Shown: one piece after another, positions 18,706-30,628 of the stretch | How positions within the stretch are numbered: position 1 is the stretch's first letter | Layout of the letters: every line of letters starts with the position of its first letter | NCBI GenBank assembly: GCA_027592485.1 | Contig: JAQCKL010000001.1 | Coordinates: 1 to 32,309 of the forward strand | Length of the DNA: 32,309 nucleotides | Origin: Cyanobacteriota bacterium | GTDB lineage: Bacteria; Cyanobacteriota; Cyanobacteriia; Phormidesmidales; Phormidesmidaceae | Reading direction: 5' to 3' | The notes under the pieces: generated by a model | What the model was told of the DNA's origin: nothing | What the model saw: the letters and a program-made list of their open reading frames with translations, nothing else | Databases searched by the model: none | Made by a program: the position numbers and the translations under genes

Positions 18706-19473
18706 ATGGTCTTTGTGCAACCGGACAACGACCCAATCTTTGGCTCTCTACCAGCGGAAGCAAAGACCTGGTTAGAGGGGTTGCCTTGGGAAGAGCGCCG
18801 ATATGTGCTTTCCCTCTGCCATTTGATGTCGGCCTCGCCCCCAGAGATCCAAGCCGACTTTTTGGATGACTACACCGCCGATGGTCTGGTCTATCGCGTC
18901 ATTCAAGATCAGGACACGACCCAAAAAGTCAGTACCTATCTCCAGAAATTTCACATCTCGACAGAGCTGACGGAAGCGGTCTTACGGGGCTACATTCGCC
19001 AGTTCTATATCCATACCGCCCAAGATGCCCGTCAGCAACCGGATCTCTATCTAGAGTCGGCTTTGCGGTTGATGATTAGCAGCCAAGAACGCAAGAGCGT
19101 ATTTAGCTATGTGCTGGGCTTTGAGTTGGCGAAACTGATTTTCCAAATGAGTTGGGCGCAGCAGGAGCGCCTGTATCGCTTACAGGTCAGCCAAGAAGAC
19201 TTTATTCGCACCTATATCAAGCCCATTCGCCATGCCCATCGGCTGAATAACATTATTGTGCCGAAGGATGAGGAGCAGTTCTTTGCCCGCCGGGCCTACT
19301 ACATCCACCGCCCGAGAATTAGGGCGAAGCGGCTGATTGAACTTGTGATGGTGACCTTTACCTCAGAGGCGGTCAGCAACCTGGGGTTTGATATTATTCG
19401 CACCCCCAAGTCCTTTCATTTTGACTACAACCATATTTATGCGCCGGAGCCGATCGAAGCCATTTTCGATTAG
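18706..19473 (+). CDS. Conserved-looking hypothetical protein (255 aa)
   Basis: Long ORF filling the gap between two genes; no catalytic motif recognised. Confidence 0.8.
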   Translation: MVFVQPDNDPIFGSLPAEAKTWLEGLPWEERRYVLSLCHLMSASPPEIQADFLDDYTADGLVYRVIQDQDTTQKVSTYLQKFHISTELTEAVLRGYIRQFYIHTAQDARQQPDLYLESALRLMISSQERKSVFSYVLGFELAKLIFQMSWAQQERLYRLQVSQEDFIRTYIKPIRHAHRLNNIIVPKDEEQFFARRAYYIHRPRIRAKRLIELVMVTFTSEAVSNLGFDIIRTPKSFHFDYNHIYAPEPIEAIFD

Positions 19474-19580
19474 TGGGTCAGAGGTTGCAGGTCTGAGACA
19501 TCACCACTGGGGAAGCGTCATCGATAATATGGAATCCAGGCTAAATTTTGGCCTGATTATTTCCTTCACCCCTGTCTGCC

Positions 19581-22500
19581 ATGCCTGCTGTCTCACCGGC
19601 TATCCAATCGAGTCCCTTTCTTGAGCGCCTTCATCACCCCAACCGACCCGTGTTGGTCTTCGATGGGGCAATGGGAACGAATTTGCAGGTACAAAACCTG
19701 ACAGCCGAGGATTTTGGCGGTCCTGAATATGAGGGCTGCAATGAGTATCTGGTGTTCACCAAGCCAGAGGCGGTGGCGAAAGTCCATCGGGGCTTTTTGG
19801 AGGCGGGTGCCGATGTGATTGAAACTGACACCTTTGGCGGCACCTCGATCGTGTTGGCGGAATATGACCTCGGCGATCGCGCCTATGAACTCAACAAAAC
19901 CGCTGCCGCCCTGGCCAAAACCGTTGCCCTGGAATACTCCACCCCCGATCAGCCTCGCTTTGTAGCGGGATCGATGGGACCTGGCACCAAGCTCCCCACC
20001 CTAGGGCACATCGAATTTGATCCCCTCAAAGCCGCCTATGTAGAGCAGGCCAAGGGGTTGATTGATGGGGGGGTTGATTTGCTGTTGGTGGAGACCTGCC
20101 AGGATGTGCTGCAAATCAAAGCGGCCCTGAATGGGATTGAGGAGGCATTTGAGGCCACGGGCACCCGCCTGCCCCTGATGGTCTCGGTAACCATGGAGCA
20201 ACAGGGCACGATGCTGGTGGGCACGGAAATGGCCGCAGCCCTAGCCATTCTGGAGCCTTACCCGATCGATATTTTGGGGCTCAACTGCGCCACTGGCCCT
20301 GACTTGATGAAAGACCACGTCAGGCATCTGGCGGAGCAGTCCCCCTTTGTGATTTCCTGTATTCCCAATGCGGGCTTGCCGGAAAACGTGGGGGGAGAGG
20401 CGGTCTATCATCTATCGCCCATGGCCCTGCGCATGGCCCTGATGCATTTTGTGGAGGATCTGGGGGTCCAGGTAATCGGCGGCTGTTGCGGCACCCGCCC
20501 CGAGCACATTGCCCAGTTAGCGGAGCTGGCTCAGGATTTGCAGCCAAAAGCGCGAGCGGTGCGAGGAAGCAGGGGGGCGAGTGAGCCAGGGAGCCAGGGA
20601 GCTTCTTCTCAGTCATCCCTGCCTGATCCTCGTCCCGCCCTCAATTACACCCCTGCCGCCGCGTCGATTTACAGCACCCAGTCCTATGACCAGGACAACT
20701 CGTTCCTGATTGTGGGGGAGCGGCTCAACGCCAGCGGCTCGAAGAAATGCCGCACGATGCTCAATGATGAGGATTGGGATGGGTTGGTGGCCTTGGCGCG
20801 ATCGCAGGTCAAAGAGGGTGCCCATATCCTCGACGTAAATGTGGACTACGTGGGCCGGAATGGGGAGAAGGACATGCATGAGCTGGTGTCTCGCCTGGTC
20901 ACCAACGTCACCTTGCCGCTGATGCTGGACTCCACGGAATGGACCAAGATGGAGGCGGGGCTGAAGGTGGCGGGGGGCAAATGCATCCTCAATTCCACCA
21001 ACTACGAAGATGGGGACGAGCGCTTCTTTCAGGTACTGGAACTGGCCAAGCGATATGGGGCGGGGGTGGTGGTCGGCACCATTGACGAAGAGGGCATGGG
21101 CCGCACCGCCACGAAAAAGTTCCAGATTGCCCAACGGGCCTATCGCGATGCCTTGGAATATGGTCTGCCCGCCCATGAGCTCTTTTTCGATACCCTGGCG
21201 CTGCCAATCTCAACGGGGATCGAAGAGGATCGGGTAAACGGCAATGAGACCATTGAGGCGATTCGGATGATTCGGGAGAATCTACCGGGGGCTCACATCA
21301 TGCTGGGGGTCTCCAATGTGTCCTTTGGCCTCAACCCAGTGGCGCGGGTCACCCTCAACTCGGTGTTCCTCCACGAAGCGATGCAGGTGGGGTTGGACGG
21401 GGCGATCGTCAGCGCCGCCAAGATCTTGCCCTTGGCCAAGATCAAGCCAGAGCACCAGCAAATCTGTCGGGACCTGATCTACGACAACCGTCAATTTGAC
21501 GGGGATATCTGCACCTACGATCCCCTCGCCCAACTCACCACCTTGTTTGAAGGGAAAAGTCTGAAAAAGAAGGAGGCGATCGCCAAGGATCTGCCCATTG
21601 AGGAACAGCTCAAGCAACACATTATCGACGGCGAGCGCATCGGCCTAGAGGATGCCTTGGCTAAGGCCCTAGAGCAGTATCCGCCCCTCGAAATCGTCAA
21701 TACCTTTTTGCTAGACGGCATGAAAGTGGTGGGAGAACTGTTTGGCTCCGGGCAGATGCAGTTGCCCTTTGTGTTGCAGTCCGCCCAAACCATGAAGGCG
21801 GCGGTGGCCTACCTAGAACCCTTTATGGAAAAGTCTGACACCGACGGCTCCGGCAAGGGCACCTTCATCATCGCCACGGTGAAGGGCGATGTCCACGACA
21901 TCGGCAAGAACCTGGTGGATATCATCCTCTCGAACAATGGCTACAAAGTAATTAACCTGGGCATTAAGCAGCCCGTAGAAAATATCATCCAGGCCTATCG
22001 GGATCACGGGGCCGACTGCATTGCCATGAGCGGCCTCCTGGTGAAATCTACCGCTTTCATGAAAAACAACCTGGAAACCTTTAATCAAGAAGGCATTACC
22101 GTGCCGGTAATCCTCGGCGGCGCGGCCCTGACCCCTAAGTTTGTCCATCAAGACTGCCAGCAGACCTATAACGGTCGGGTGGTATACGGCAAAGATGCCT
22201 TCTCAGATCTGCACTTTATGGACAAGTTGATGCCCGCCAAGGCGGCTAGCAACTGGGATGATTTGCAGGGCTTTTTGGATGAGGCCGGGGCAGGGGATCC
22301 AGGGAGTGATGGGGCAGGAGAGCCAGACAGCGAGGGGGCAGAGGAGCAGGGGAGTGATGGGGTAATGGCGTTAAGGCGTGAGGCCCCATCACCGACGGAC
22401 ACCCGCCGCTCTGAAGCCGTTGAGATTGACATTCCTCGACCCACTCCTCCGTTTTGGGGAACGAAAATTCTCAACCCTGAGGATATTGACCTGGGTGAGA

Positions 22501-23267
22501 TCTTTGGCTATCTCGACTTGCAGGCGTTGTTTGTGGGGCAGTGGCAGTTTCGTAAGCCGAAGGAGCAGTCGCGGGAAGACTACGATGCATTTTTGCAGGA
22601 AACGGTGCACCCGATTTTGGACGGGTGGAAGGCCCGCATCCAGGCAGAGAATCTCCTCCATCCCCAGGTGGTTTATGGCTACTTCCCTTGTCTGGCGGAG
22701 GGCAATTCCCTCCACATTTACGATCCGGCGGTGATGACTGAGGAAATGCAAAATTCCATCCCCCTTGCAACATTCACCTTCCCGCGCCAAAAGTCCCTAC
22801 GACGGCTGTGCATTGCCGATTTCTTTTTGCCGAAGGATCAGGCTAAACCAGGGCAATTCGATGTCTTCCCCATGCAGGCGGTGACGGTGGGCGAGGTGGC
22901 GACGGAATTTGCCCAGACCCTATTCAAGGCGGACAATTACACCGACTATCTCTACTACTACGGGTTGTCGGTACAGACCGCTGAGGCGATCGCAGAGTGG
23001 AGTCACGCCCGCATCCGCCGGGAACTGGGCTATGGTGACCTCGACCCAGAGGGGATTCGAGAGGTCCTGCAACAGCGCTATCAAGGGTCTCGCTATAGCT
23101 TTGGCTATCCCGCTTGTCCCCATATCCCTGATCAAGCCATTCAGCTGGATCTGCTGCAGGTCGATCGCATTGGCATGCATATGGATGAAAGCGAACAACT
23201 CTACCCCGAACAATCCACCACCGCGATCATTGCCTATCACCCTGTGGCCAAATATTTCAGCGCGTAG
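19581..23267 (+). CDS. metH: Cobalamin-dependent methionine synthase
   Basis: [26 protein letters not shown]12 motif [22 protein letters not shown]. Confidence 0.98.
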   Translation: MPAVSPAIQSSPFLERLHHPNRPVLVFDGAMGTNLQVQNLTAEDFGGPEYEGCNEYLVFTKPEAVAKVHRGFLEAGADVIETDTFGGTSIVLAEYDLGDRAYELNKTAAALAKTVALEYSTPDQPRFVAGSMGPGTKLPTLGHIEFDPLKAAYVEQAKGLIDGGVDLLLVETCQDVLQIKAALNGIEEAFEATGTRLPLMVSVTMEQQGTMLVGTEMAAALAILEPYPIDILGLNCATGPDLMKDHVRHLAEQSPFVISCIPNAGLPENVGGEAVYHLSPMALRMALMHFVEDLGVQVIGGCCGTRPEHIAQLAELAQDLQPKARAVRGSRGASEPGSQGASSQSSLPDPRPALNYTPAAASIYSTQSYDQDNSFLIVGERLNASGSKKCRTMLNDEDWDGLVALARSQVKEGAHILDVNVDYVGRNGEKDMHELVSRLVTNVTLPLMLDSTEWTKMEAGLKVAGGKCILNSTNYEDGDERFFQVLELAKRYGAGVVVGTIDEEGMGRTATKKFQIAQRAYRDALEYGLPAHELFFDTLALPISTGIEEDRVNGNETIEAIRMIRENLPGAHIMLGVSNVSFGLNPVARVTLNSVFLHEAMQVGLDGAIVSAAKILPLAKIKPEHQQICRDLIYDNRQFDGDICTYDPLAQLTTLFEGKSLKKKEAIAKDLPIEEQLKQHIIDGERIGLEDALAKALEQYPPLEIVNTFLLDGMKVVGELFGSGQMQLPFVLQSAQTMKAAVAYLEPFMEKSDTDGSGKGTFIIATVKGDVHDIGKNLVDIILSNNGYKVINLGIKQPVENIIQAYRDHGADCIAMSGLLVKSTAFMKNNLETFNQEGITVPVILGGAALTPKFVHQDCQQTYNGRVVYGKDAFSDLHFMDKLMPAKAASNWDDLQGFLDEAGAGDPGSDGAGEPDSEGAEEQGSDGVMALRREAPSPTDTRRSEAVEIDIPRPTPPFWGTKILNPEDIDLGEIFGYLDLQALFVGQWQFRKPKEQSREDYDAFLQETVHPILDGWKARIQAENLLHPQVVYGYFPCLAEGNSLHIYDPAVMTEEMQNSIPLATFTFPRQKSLRRLCIADFFLPKDQAKPGQFDVFPMQAVTVGEVATEFAQTLFKADNYTDYLYYYGLSVQTAEAIAEWSHARIRRELGYGDLDPEGIREVLQQRYQGSRYSFGYPACPHIPDQAIQLDLLQVDRIGMHMDESEQLYPEQSTTAIIAYHPVAKYFSA

Positions 23268-23390
23268 GGATGGCATAGAGCGACCCCCATCGGACCCAAT
23301 CGGATCAGGCTGGGGCGAGGGGGATGGCGATCGCCCCTAAGTCCGCCTAAGATGCAGGCAATATATGACTCAACACAGGCCCAGTGAGCT

Positions 23391-24497
23391 GTGAAAATTT
23401 TAGACTGGATAAGTTTTGTTTGCTTCGTGATTGCCCTAGTGATCCTGTGGCAGTTTCGGCAAATTTTGCTGCTGGTATTTGCCGCAGTAGTCATCGCCAT
23501 TTCGTTGAACAGTTTGGTGCGTAGACTGGTGATGCGCCTACATATTGCCCGCTCCCAAGCTGTCTTGCTTGCCCTGGGATTGGTCTGCTTAGGGCTTGTC
23601 GTATTTCTGGTTTTGGTGCTACCGCTGTTTATTAACCAGTTTAAGCAACTGCTGCAGCTGATCCCCTCCGGATTTAATCGTCTCTACCTGTGGACCACCG
23701 ATGTGCTGGCCGATCCCCCCCGATGGCTGCCCAATCAGTTTTCCATCACTGACATACCGCAGTTCTCTGATCTACTGCAGCAGGCCACCACATTGGGAAG
23801 TCAGGTCTTTGGCAATTTCTTTAGTTTTTTTTCTGGCTCGATCACCATCGTCCTGCAACTGTTGTTGCTGCTGGTTTTGAGCATTATGTTGCTCAGCGAT
23901 CCCCTGTCATACCGCAAGCTATTGCTGCGATTGTTCCCCTCTGGGTATCGGCGGCGGGCTGACGAGATTATGACGAAATGCGAAGTGGCGCTCCTGTGCT
24001 GGCTGGGGGGCGTCTCGATCAGCTCCCTGTTTGTCGCCATCTTTAGCTTTGTGGGATTGGTCATTTTGCAGGTGCCCTATCCCTTCGCCAACGCCATGCT
24101 GGCAGGGGTATTCAACTTTATTCCAAATATTGGACCGGCCCTAAGCGCCGTCTTTCCGATCATCGCGGCCCTATCCAAGTCCTTTGGACCGGCCTTGGGG
24201 GTGATTGTGCTTTATGTGATTATTCAAAATCTAGAAAGCTACTGGATCAGCCCGATGATGATGCGTAAGCAGGTGTCTTTGCTGCCGGCCGCCACCCTGG
24301 TCGCGCAGATTTTCTTTGCCACATTTTTAGGGCCAGTGGGCTTGATTTTGGCCCTGCCCCTGGCAGTAGTGTGCAAAACCTGGATTGAGGAAGCCTGGGT
24401 TTTGGATGTTTTGGAAAAACGGCAGCCCCCTGGGGATCCCGCTCTGGTCATGGCGATCGCCGTGGAGCCGCCCGCTGATGCACCCGCCCATTCCTAA
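23391..24497 (+). CDS. AI-2E (UPF0118/PerM) family transporter
   Basis: Multiple TM segments, FIPNIGP, QNLESY.ISP, G..GLILALP. Confidence 0.9.
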   Translation: MKILDWISFVCFVIALVILWQFRQILLLVFAAVVIAISLNSLVRRLVMRLHIARSQAVLLALGLVCLGLVVFLVLVLPLFINQFKQLLQLIPSGFNRLYLWTTDVLADPPRWLPNQFSITDIPQFSDLLQQATTLGSQVFGNFFSFFSGSITIVLQLLLLLVLSIMLLSDPLSYRKLLLRLFPSGYRRRADEIMTKCEVALLCWLGGVSISSLFVAIFSFVGLVILQVPYPFANAMLAGVFNFIPNIGPALSAVFPIIAALSKSFGPALGVIVLYVIIQNLESYWISPMMMRKQVSLLPAATLVAQIFFATFLGPVGLILALPLAVVCKTWIEEAWVLDVLEKRQPPGDPALVMAIAVEPPADAPAHS

Positions 24498-24517
24498 GCC
24501 GATCATCGGATTGGCGT

Positions 24518-24709
24518 CATTTTTAAAACCCGTCCCCTGAGCGGAGTCGTGGGCTTTGCCTTCCCAAAGGGAATAGGGGACTTTTGCGGGAGATCTGGCT
24601 TTCTCCCTTCGGGAGACGCAAGGCGTTGGCTGAGCCTGCCTGAAAGGCATACGACTCCGCTCAGCCAGCATGATGTGTGGGAGTTACCATTTTTTAAACC
24701 CATCTCCCT
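24518..24709. repeat. Composite nested palindromic repeat element (REP/SDR-like)
   Basis: 14-bp perfect inverted repeat CTGAGCGGAGTCGT (24537-24550) / ACGACTCCGCTCAG (24651-24664) enclosing four small hairpins; flanked by imperfect direct repeats. Confidence 0.7.
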
Positions 24710-26876
24710 AGGCAAGGCTGTCAATGGTGCTGCTGTGGTCCCGTTTGCGGGTGCGTTCCATCAACAAAATGTGGGTATTGCGGATGGCCTCATCGGGGGC
24801 CGGACGTCGCTGCACATAGGTGCCATCGGCCTGCAGATCCCAGGCTTGGTGATTATCCGTCAGCATAATGTCCAGAATCGCCTTCAGTTCTTGGACCAGG
24901 GCAGGATCTTCTACCGGGGTGACCGCCTCTACCCGGCGATCGAGATTGCGGGTCATCCAATCCGCACTGCCGATGTAGTACTCCTTGTCGCCCTCGTTAT
25001 GGAAGACAAAGATGCGGGCGTGCTCTAGGAAGCGACCGATAATGCTCACCACCTGGATGCGATCGCTAATCCCCGGCAACCCCGGTCGCAAGCAGCAAAT
25101 GCCCCGAATGATCAGCTGAATCTCAACCCCAGCCTGGGAGGCTTCATAGAGGAGACGGATCATCGCTGGATCCACCAGGGAGTTCATCTTGGCAAGGATG
25201 TAAGCGGGCCGTCCCTGACGGGCATGGTCAATTTCCCGCTGAATCAAGGCGGTCATCCCCTTACGGAGGGTGAGGGGTGCAACCATGAGCTTACGGTAAG
25301 CGGTTTGGCGAGAATACCCGGTCAGGAAATTAAACAGATCCGTCAGATCGGCCCCGAGGGAGTCCCGGCAACTGAGTAAGCCAATATCGGTATAGAGCTT
25401 TGAGGTCTTGGGGTTGTAGTTGCCTGTGCCAATGTGCACATAGCGACGAATGACATCCTTTTCCTGGCGGACCACCAAGGTCGTTTTGGTATGGGTCTTG
25501 AGACCGGCCACCCCATACACCACATGGACCCCGGCATCCTCTAGGCGACGCGCCCAAATAATATTGTTGCGCTCATCAAAGCGGGCCTTCAGCTCGACCA
25601 GGGCCACCACCTGCTTACCATTTTCCGCGGCGTTAATTAGGGCCTTAACAATCGGAGAATCGCCGGAGGTGCGGTACAGGGTCATCTTGATGGCGAGAAC
25701 CTGGGGGGCGGCTGCCGCTGCCGTTATGAAGGTCTGGACAGAGGCCGAAAATGCTTCATAGGGATGGTGCATCATCACATCCCCATCGCGAATGATACTG
25801 AAGATATCCCCCGGTGTTTCCGAGTCCTGTAGGGGCTTTAAGCGGGGGGGCACCACCGACTTCCAGGGCTTATCCTTCAAATCAGGCAAGGGCATGGAAA
25901 GGAAAAAGAAGAGATCCTTGAGGTTGAGCATCCCCTCTAGCTCATAGATGTCCTCATCGGCCACCTGGAGTTCTTGCACCAGCCCCTGCCGTAGGTTGGG
26001 GGGCATCCCCGCCTGAATTTCTAATCGGCAAACAGACCCCTCTAAGCGGCGTTTACTGATTTCTTCTTCGATCGCCAGGAGCAAATCATCGGCTTCATCT
26101 TCCCGCACCGGGAAGTCAGCGTCCCGCGTAATCCGAAACAGGTATTGGCCCTGAATACGCATCCCCGGAAAGAGATAGTCCAAATTATGGGCAATAATCT
26201 CCTCTAGGGTGACCCCAACCCACACACAGGTCTCATCTTTGTAGCCATTGAGGTCATCGGGCAAGCCAATGAATCGGGGCAAGTTGCTGGGCACCTTGAC
26301 TCGGGCAAATTTTTGAATATCCGTTTCGGGATCCGTGACCACCACCCCCAAGTTGAGGCTGAGATTAGAGAGCCTTGGAAACGGATGGGATGGATCGACA
26401 CTCAGGGGGGTGAGGACAGGAAAGAGCTGAGCCTCAAAATAGTTCTGACAATATTGTTTTTGCGCCGTCGTTAGATCGCCATAGGCCAATAGAAATATGC
26501 CATGGTCGGTCAATTGGGGCCGGAGCTCTTGCTCAAACAGACGGTGTTGTTCTTGGAGCTTGGGCTTTAAATGGGCGCGAATCGCTGCGACCTGTTCTTT
26601 GGGGCTGAGACCGTCGGCGGTTTTGGTGTGGACTTGGGCCTTGACCTGCTCCAAGAGCCCCGACAGCCGCACCATGAAAAATTCATCGAGGTTGGCGCTA
26701 AAAATGGCGGCAAACTTGAGGCGCTCTAACAGCAACGTACGCGAGTCAAACGCTTGGTGAAGGACGCGATCGTTGAACTCCAGCCAGCTTAACTCTCGGT
26801 TGAAATAGTATTTGGGCTGGGTTAAATCGGGCTGGGTTAAGTCGGGCTGGGTTAGATTGCTGCTCACGTCAGTCAT
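24708..26876 (-). CDS. ppk1: Polyphosphate kinase 1 (likely ATG at 26876)
   Basis: NRELSWLEFN.RVL, NLDEFFMVR, HHPY, ELKARFDE, KTHTK, GTGNYN, GRFLEH, SADWM.RN. Confidence 0.97.
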   Translation of the reverse strand: MTDVSSNLTQPDLTQPDLTQPKYYFNRELSWLEFNDRVLHQAFDSRTLLLERLKFAAIFSANLDEFFMVRLSGLLEQVKAQVHTKTADGLSPKEQVAAIRAHLKPKLQEQHRLFEQELRPQLTDHGIFLLAYGDLTTAQKQYCQNYFEAQLFPVLTPLSVDPSHPFPRLSNLSLNLGVVVTDPETDIQKFARVKVPSNLPRFIGLPDDLNGYKDETCVWVGVTLEEIIAHNLDYLFPGMRIQGQYLFRITRDADFPVREDEADDLLLAIEEEISKRRLEGSVCRLEIQAGMPPNLRQGLVQELQVADEDIYELEGMLNLKDLFFFLSMPLPDLKDKPWKSVVPPRLKPLQDSETPGDIFSIIRDGDVMMHHPYEAFSASVQTFITAAAAAPQVLAIKMTLYRTSGDSPIVKALINAAENGKQVVALVELKARFDERNNIIWARRLEDAGVHVVYGVAGLKTHTKTTLVVRQEKDVIRRYVHIGTGNYNPKTSKLYTDIGLLSCRDSLGADLTDLFNFLTGYSRQTAYRKLMVAPLTLRKGMTALIQREIDHARQGRPAYILAKMNSLVDPAMIRLLYEASQAGVEIQLIIRGICCLRPGLPGISDRIQVVSIIGRFLEHARIFVFHNEGDKEYYIGSADWMTRNLDRRVEAVTPVEDPALVQELKAILDIMLTDNHQAWDLQADGTYVQRRPAPDEAIRNTHILLMERTRKRDHSSTIDSLA
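26814..26858. repeat. 15-bp tandem repeat x3 inside the ppk1 5' end
   Basis: GGGCTGGGTTAAATC GGGCTGGGTTAAGTC GGGCTGGGTTAGATT, encoding (N/D)LTQP x3. Confidence 0.9.
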
Positions 26877-27171
26877 TACACGCCTGTGATGGAAAGAATT
26901 AGCGGAAAATCGGCCCTTCATACTAAGGCTCTACTGTAATCATTCGGTTAAGGGGCTTGCCAACAAAGACGGGGCCGCTTCGACCTGACCCATGGCCTGG
27001 CCGCCCCCTGCAACCCCGCCACATTCAAATCAGGGGCTTGAGCAGGGCATAAACTCCCACTTTGGAATGATTTAGGGGTTATATGCGATCAGGAACTGAG
27101 ATGGGGATCTGAGCCCGACACATTCAGTGATACTGTGTTAAATGGCGCTGCGAACCTAAGATTATCTTTAG

Positions 27172-28659
<1,488 letters not shown>

Positions 28660-28759
28660 GGCTGATGATTGAGCCGAGCGATCCCAGGGATTTAGTGTCT
28701 GGGACCACTCGGCTTCTGTCTTGTTGGTGTGACCCATTGAGAAACCGCCTAGATTTGCT

Positions 28760-29167
28760 ATGTCTTTAACCGTGCGCGTTGTTGCCCCAGATAAAACCGT
28801 CTGGGATGCAGAAGCCGAAGAAGTAATTTTGCCGAGTACCACTGGGCAGCTTGGGGTTTTAAGCGGTCACGCACCCCTGCTTACGGCCCTAGAGGTGGGT
28901 GTGATGCGAGTCCGCCCCGAAAATGACTGGATGACGATCGCCCTCATGGGGGGCTTTGCCGAAGTCGAAAATAATGAAGTCACCATTTTGGTGAATGGGG
29001 CCGAACGGGGTGATGCGATTGATTTAGACGCCGCTCGGGCAACGTTCGAATCCGCTAAGGCGGCCCTAGAGGCAACCTCCCCAGAGGATCAGCAAGGGAC
29101 GATGAAGGCGACTACCGCCTTCCGTCGGGCTCGGGCTCGCTTTCAAGCGGCAGGCGGTATGGCCTAA
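28760..29167 (+). CDS. atpC: F1 ATP synthase epsilon subunit (atpE in cyanobacterial naming)
   Basis: [23 protein letters not shown]; follows beta. Confidence 0.97.
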   Translation: MSLTVRVVAPDKTVWDAEAEEVILPSTTGQLGVLSGHAPLLTALEVGVMRVRPENDWMTIALMGGFAEVENNEVTILVNGAERGDAIDLDAARATFESAKAALEATSPEDQQGTMKATTAFRRARARFQAAGGMA

Positions 29168-29195
29168 GGCAAACCGTCCTCCTGTAGGTCAATGA

Positions 29196-29298
29196 GCCGC
29201 CAGTCGCGTTCAGTCAGGACGAAACGGTGAGCCACGACGGGACCTCTGCACTAAGGATCAGGGCGATCCTAGTCTTAGGCACGGTGGCCAGCGTTATA
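29196..29298 (+). mobile_element. MITE-like element, copy B (degenerate)
   Basis: CAGTCGC..GTTCAGTCAGGAC...CTAAGGATCAGGGCGATCCTAGTCTTAGGCACGGTGGCCAGCGTTATA aligns with copies A and C with small indels; left end eroded. Confidence 0.7.
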
Positions 29299-29316
29299 CA
29301 ACTTAAAAACGCTAAC

Positions 29317-29345
29317 AAAAACCGCCCCACGAGGGGCGGTTTTTT
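29317..29345. terminator. Bidirectional terminator between convergent atpC and ycf65
   Basis: AAAAACCGCCCC-ACGA-GGGGCGGTTTTT. Confidence 0.88.
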
Positions 29346-29381
29346 ATGGACCAATTGCCTGGAACCCGTGAAGCGAGTCCC

Positions 29382-29696
29382 TCACGAACTACCCGAAAAG
29401 GCCACCTCAGGAAACTTGGCTTGGGCTTCATTCATGGATTTGCCCTTACCTTCTTCCTGCCAGTAGTTAATAATCTCAGTGGCTTCGTTAAGCAACGCCA
29501 CCCTTTCCTCGTCAGAAATCCAATTTTTCTTTTCGAGGTCAGTTTTCATATCTTCCCAGGCATCGTTGCGGGGCCAGAAGTAGTAAGAGGTTAAAGGGCT
29601 ACTGCCCTTGCCCACCACTTGATCGACGGCTAAGGCAACATCCTTATCGAGCCAAAGCACTTTCAAAATAAATCGGGCTGTTGTTGTGACCTCCAC
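29382..29696 (-). CDS. ycf65: 30S ribosomal protein PSRP-3 / Ycf65
   Basis: [38 protein letters not shown]. Confidence 0.95.
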   Translation of the reverse strand: MEVTTTARFILKVLWLDKDVALAVDQVVGKGSSPLTSYYFWPRNDAWEDMKTDLEKKNWISDEERVALLNEATEIINYWQEEGKGKSMNEAQAKFPEVAFSGSS

Positions 29697-29806
29697 TCCG
29701 GTCTTTTCTCCCTTGGACTACAGTCCTCCATGATACCTCACCTTTGATGGCAGAATAGGTCGGGGGTCAGGCTATTCTACCCATGACGGGCTCACAGGGG
29801 AAATCT

Positions 29807-30628
29807 ATGGCCGTTCAGGCGATCGCGGTATTTGATATCGATGGGGTGATTCGAGATGTAGGGGGCTCCTATCGTCGGGCCTTGGCCGATACCGTAGAGC
29901 ATTTCACCCAGGGGGCCTATCGCCCCAGCCCCCAAGATATTGATGCCCTCAAGGCTGAAGGCATCTGGAACAACGATTGGGAGGGGTCCCAAGAACTGGT
30001 CTATCGCTATTTTGAACAACAGGGGCAAGGGCGATCTCAGTTCGATCTGAACTACGACACCCTAGTGGATTTCTTTCAGCGCCGGTATCGCGGCCCTAAC
30101 CTTGACGACCCGAGCCAATGGACGGGCTACATCTCCCAAGAACCAGTTTTGATTACCCCTGACTATTTTGAAAGCTTGACCCAGCATCACGTTGCCTGGG
30201 GCTTTTTTAGCGGGGCCACCCGAGGGTCAGCCACCTATATTCTGGAAGAGCGGCTGGGCCTCCACCAACCCAAGTTGGTGGCCATGGAAGATGCCCCCGG
30301 CAAGCCTGATCCCACCGGACTGTTGGCAGTCGCGGCGGCCCTAGGGTCCGGCACGAACGTAGTCCCAATTCTGTATATCGGGGATACGGTCGCAGATATG
30401 CAAACCATCCAAAAAGCCCAGCAGCAGCGCCCAGAGCACCATTGGCTAGGGGTAGGAATTTTGCCGCCCCATGTCAGTGCTAGCGATGCCAAGTACATCG
30501 CTGGCTATACCCGCAGCCTGATGGATGCGGGTGCCCATATTGTGTTGCCCGCCCTGGCCGCCCTGACCCCAGCCTGCATTCAGCAGCTCATTGCCCAGGC
30601 CGGTTATAGCAGTCGCCAGTCCGGTTAG
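29807..30628 (+). CDS. HAD-family hydrolase (TIGR01548-like)
   Basis: FDIDGV.RDV..SYR, WNNDW, KPDP, YIGDTVADM. Confidence 0.9.
   Translation: MAVQAIAVFDIDGVIRDVGGSYRRALADTVEHFTQGAYRPSPQDIDALKAEGIWNNDWEGSQELVYRYFEQQGQGRSQFDLNYDTLVDFFQRRYRGPNLDDPSQWTGYISQEPVLITPDYFESLTQHHVAWGFFSGATRGSATYILEERLGLHQPKLVAMEDAPGKPDPTGLLAVAAALGSGTNVVPILYIGDTVADMQTIQKAQQQRPEHHWLGVGILPPHVSASDAKYIAGYTRSLMDAGAHIVLPALAALTPACIQQLIAQAGYSSRQSG

Noticed and set aside
19474-19580. Cobalamin riboswitch upstream of metH (CCACTGGGGAAG)
   Set aside because: The 5' core (AGGGAA..GGTG..AATCC) and the B12 box are missing and the spacer is too short; an Infernal search would settle it.
19581-23267. Intein in MetH
   Set aside because: The extra length is explained by two short low-complexity linkers; no intein splice motifs seen.
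26814-26955. Pho boxes for ppk1 (YTTAACC words on the minus strand)
   Set aside because: Period is 15 bp rather than the 11 bp of SphR boxes, and the repeats are inside the coding sequence.
29172-29230. Hammerhead-ribozyme look-alike (ACCGTC...GAAACGGT)
   Set aside because: No CUGANGA core or proper stems I and II; the GAAAC part aligns with degenerate MITE copy B.
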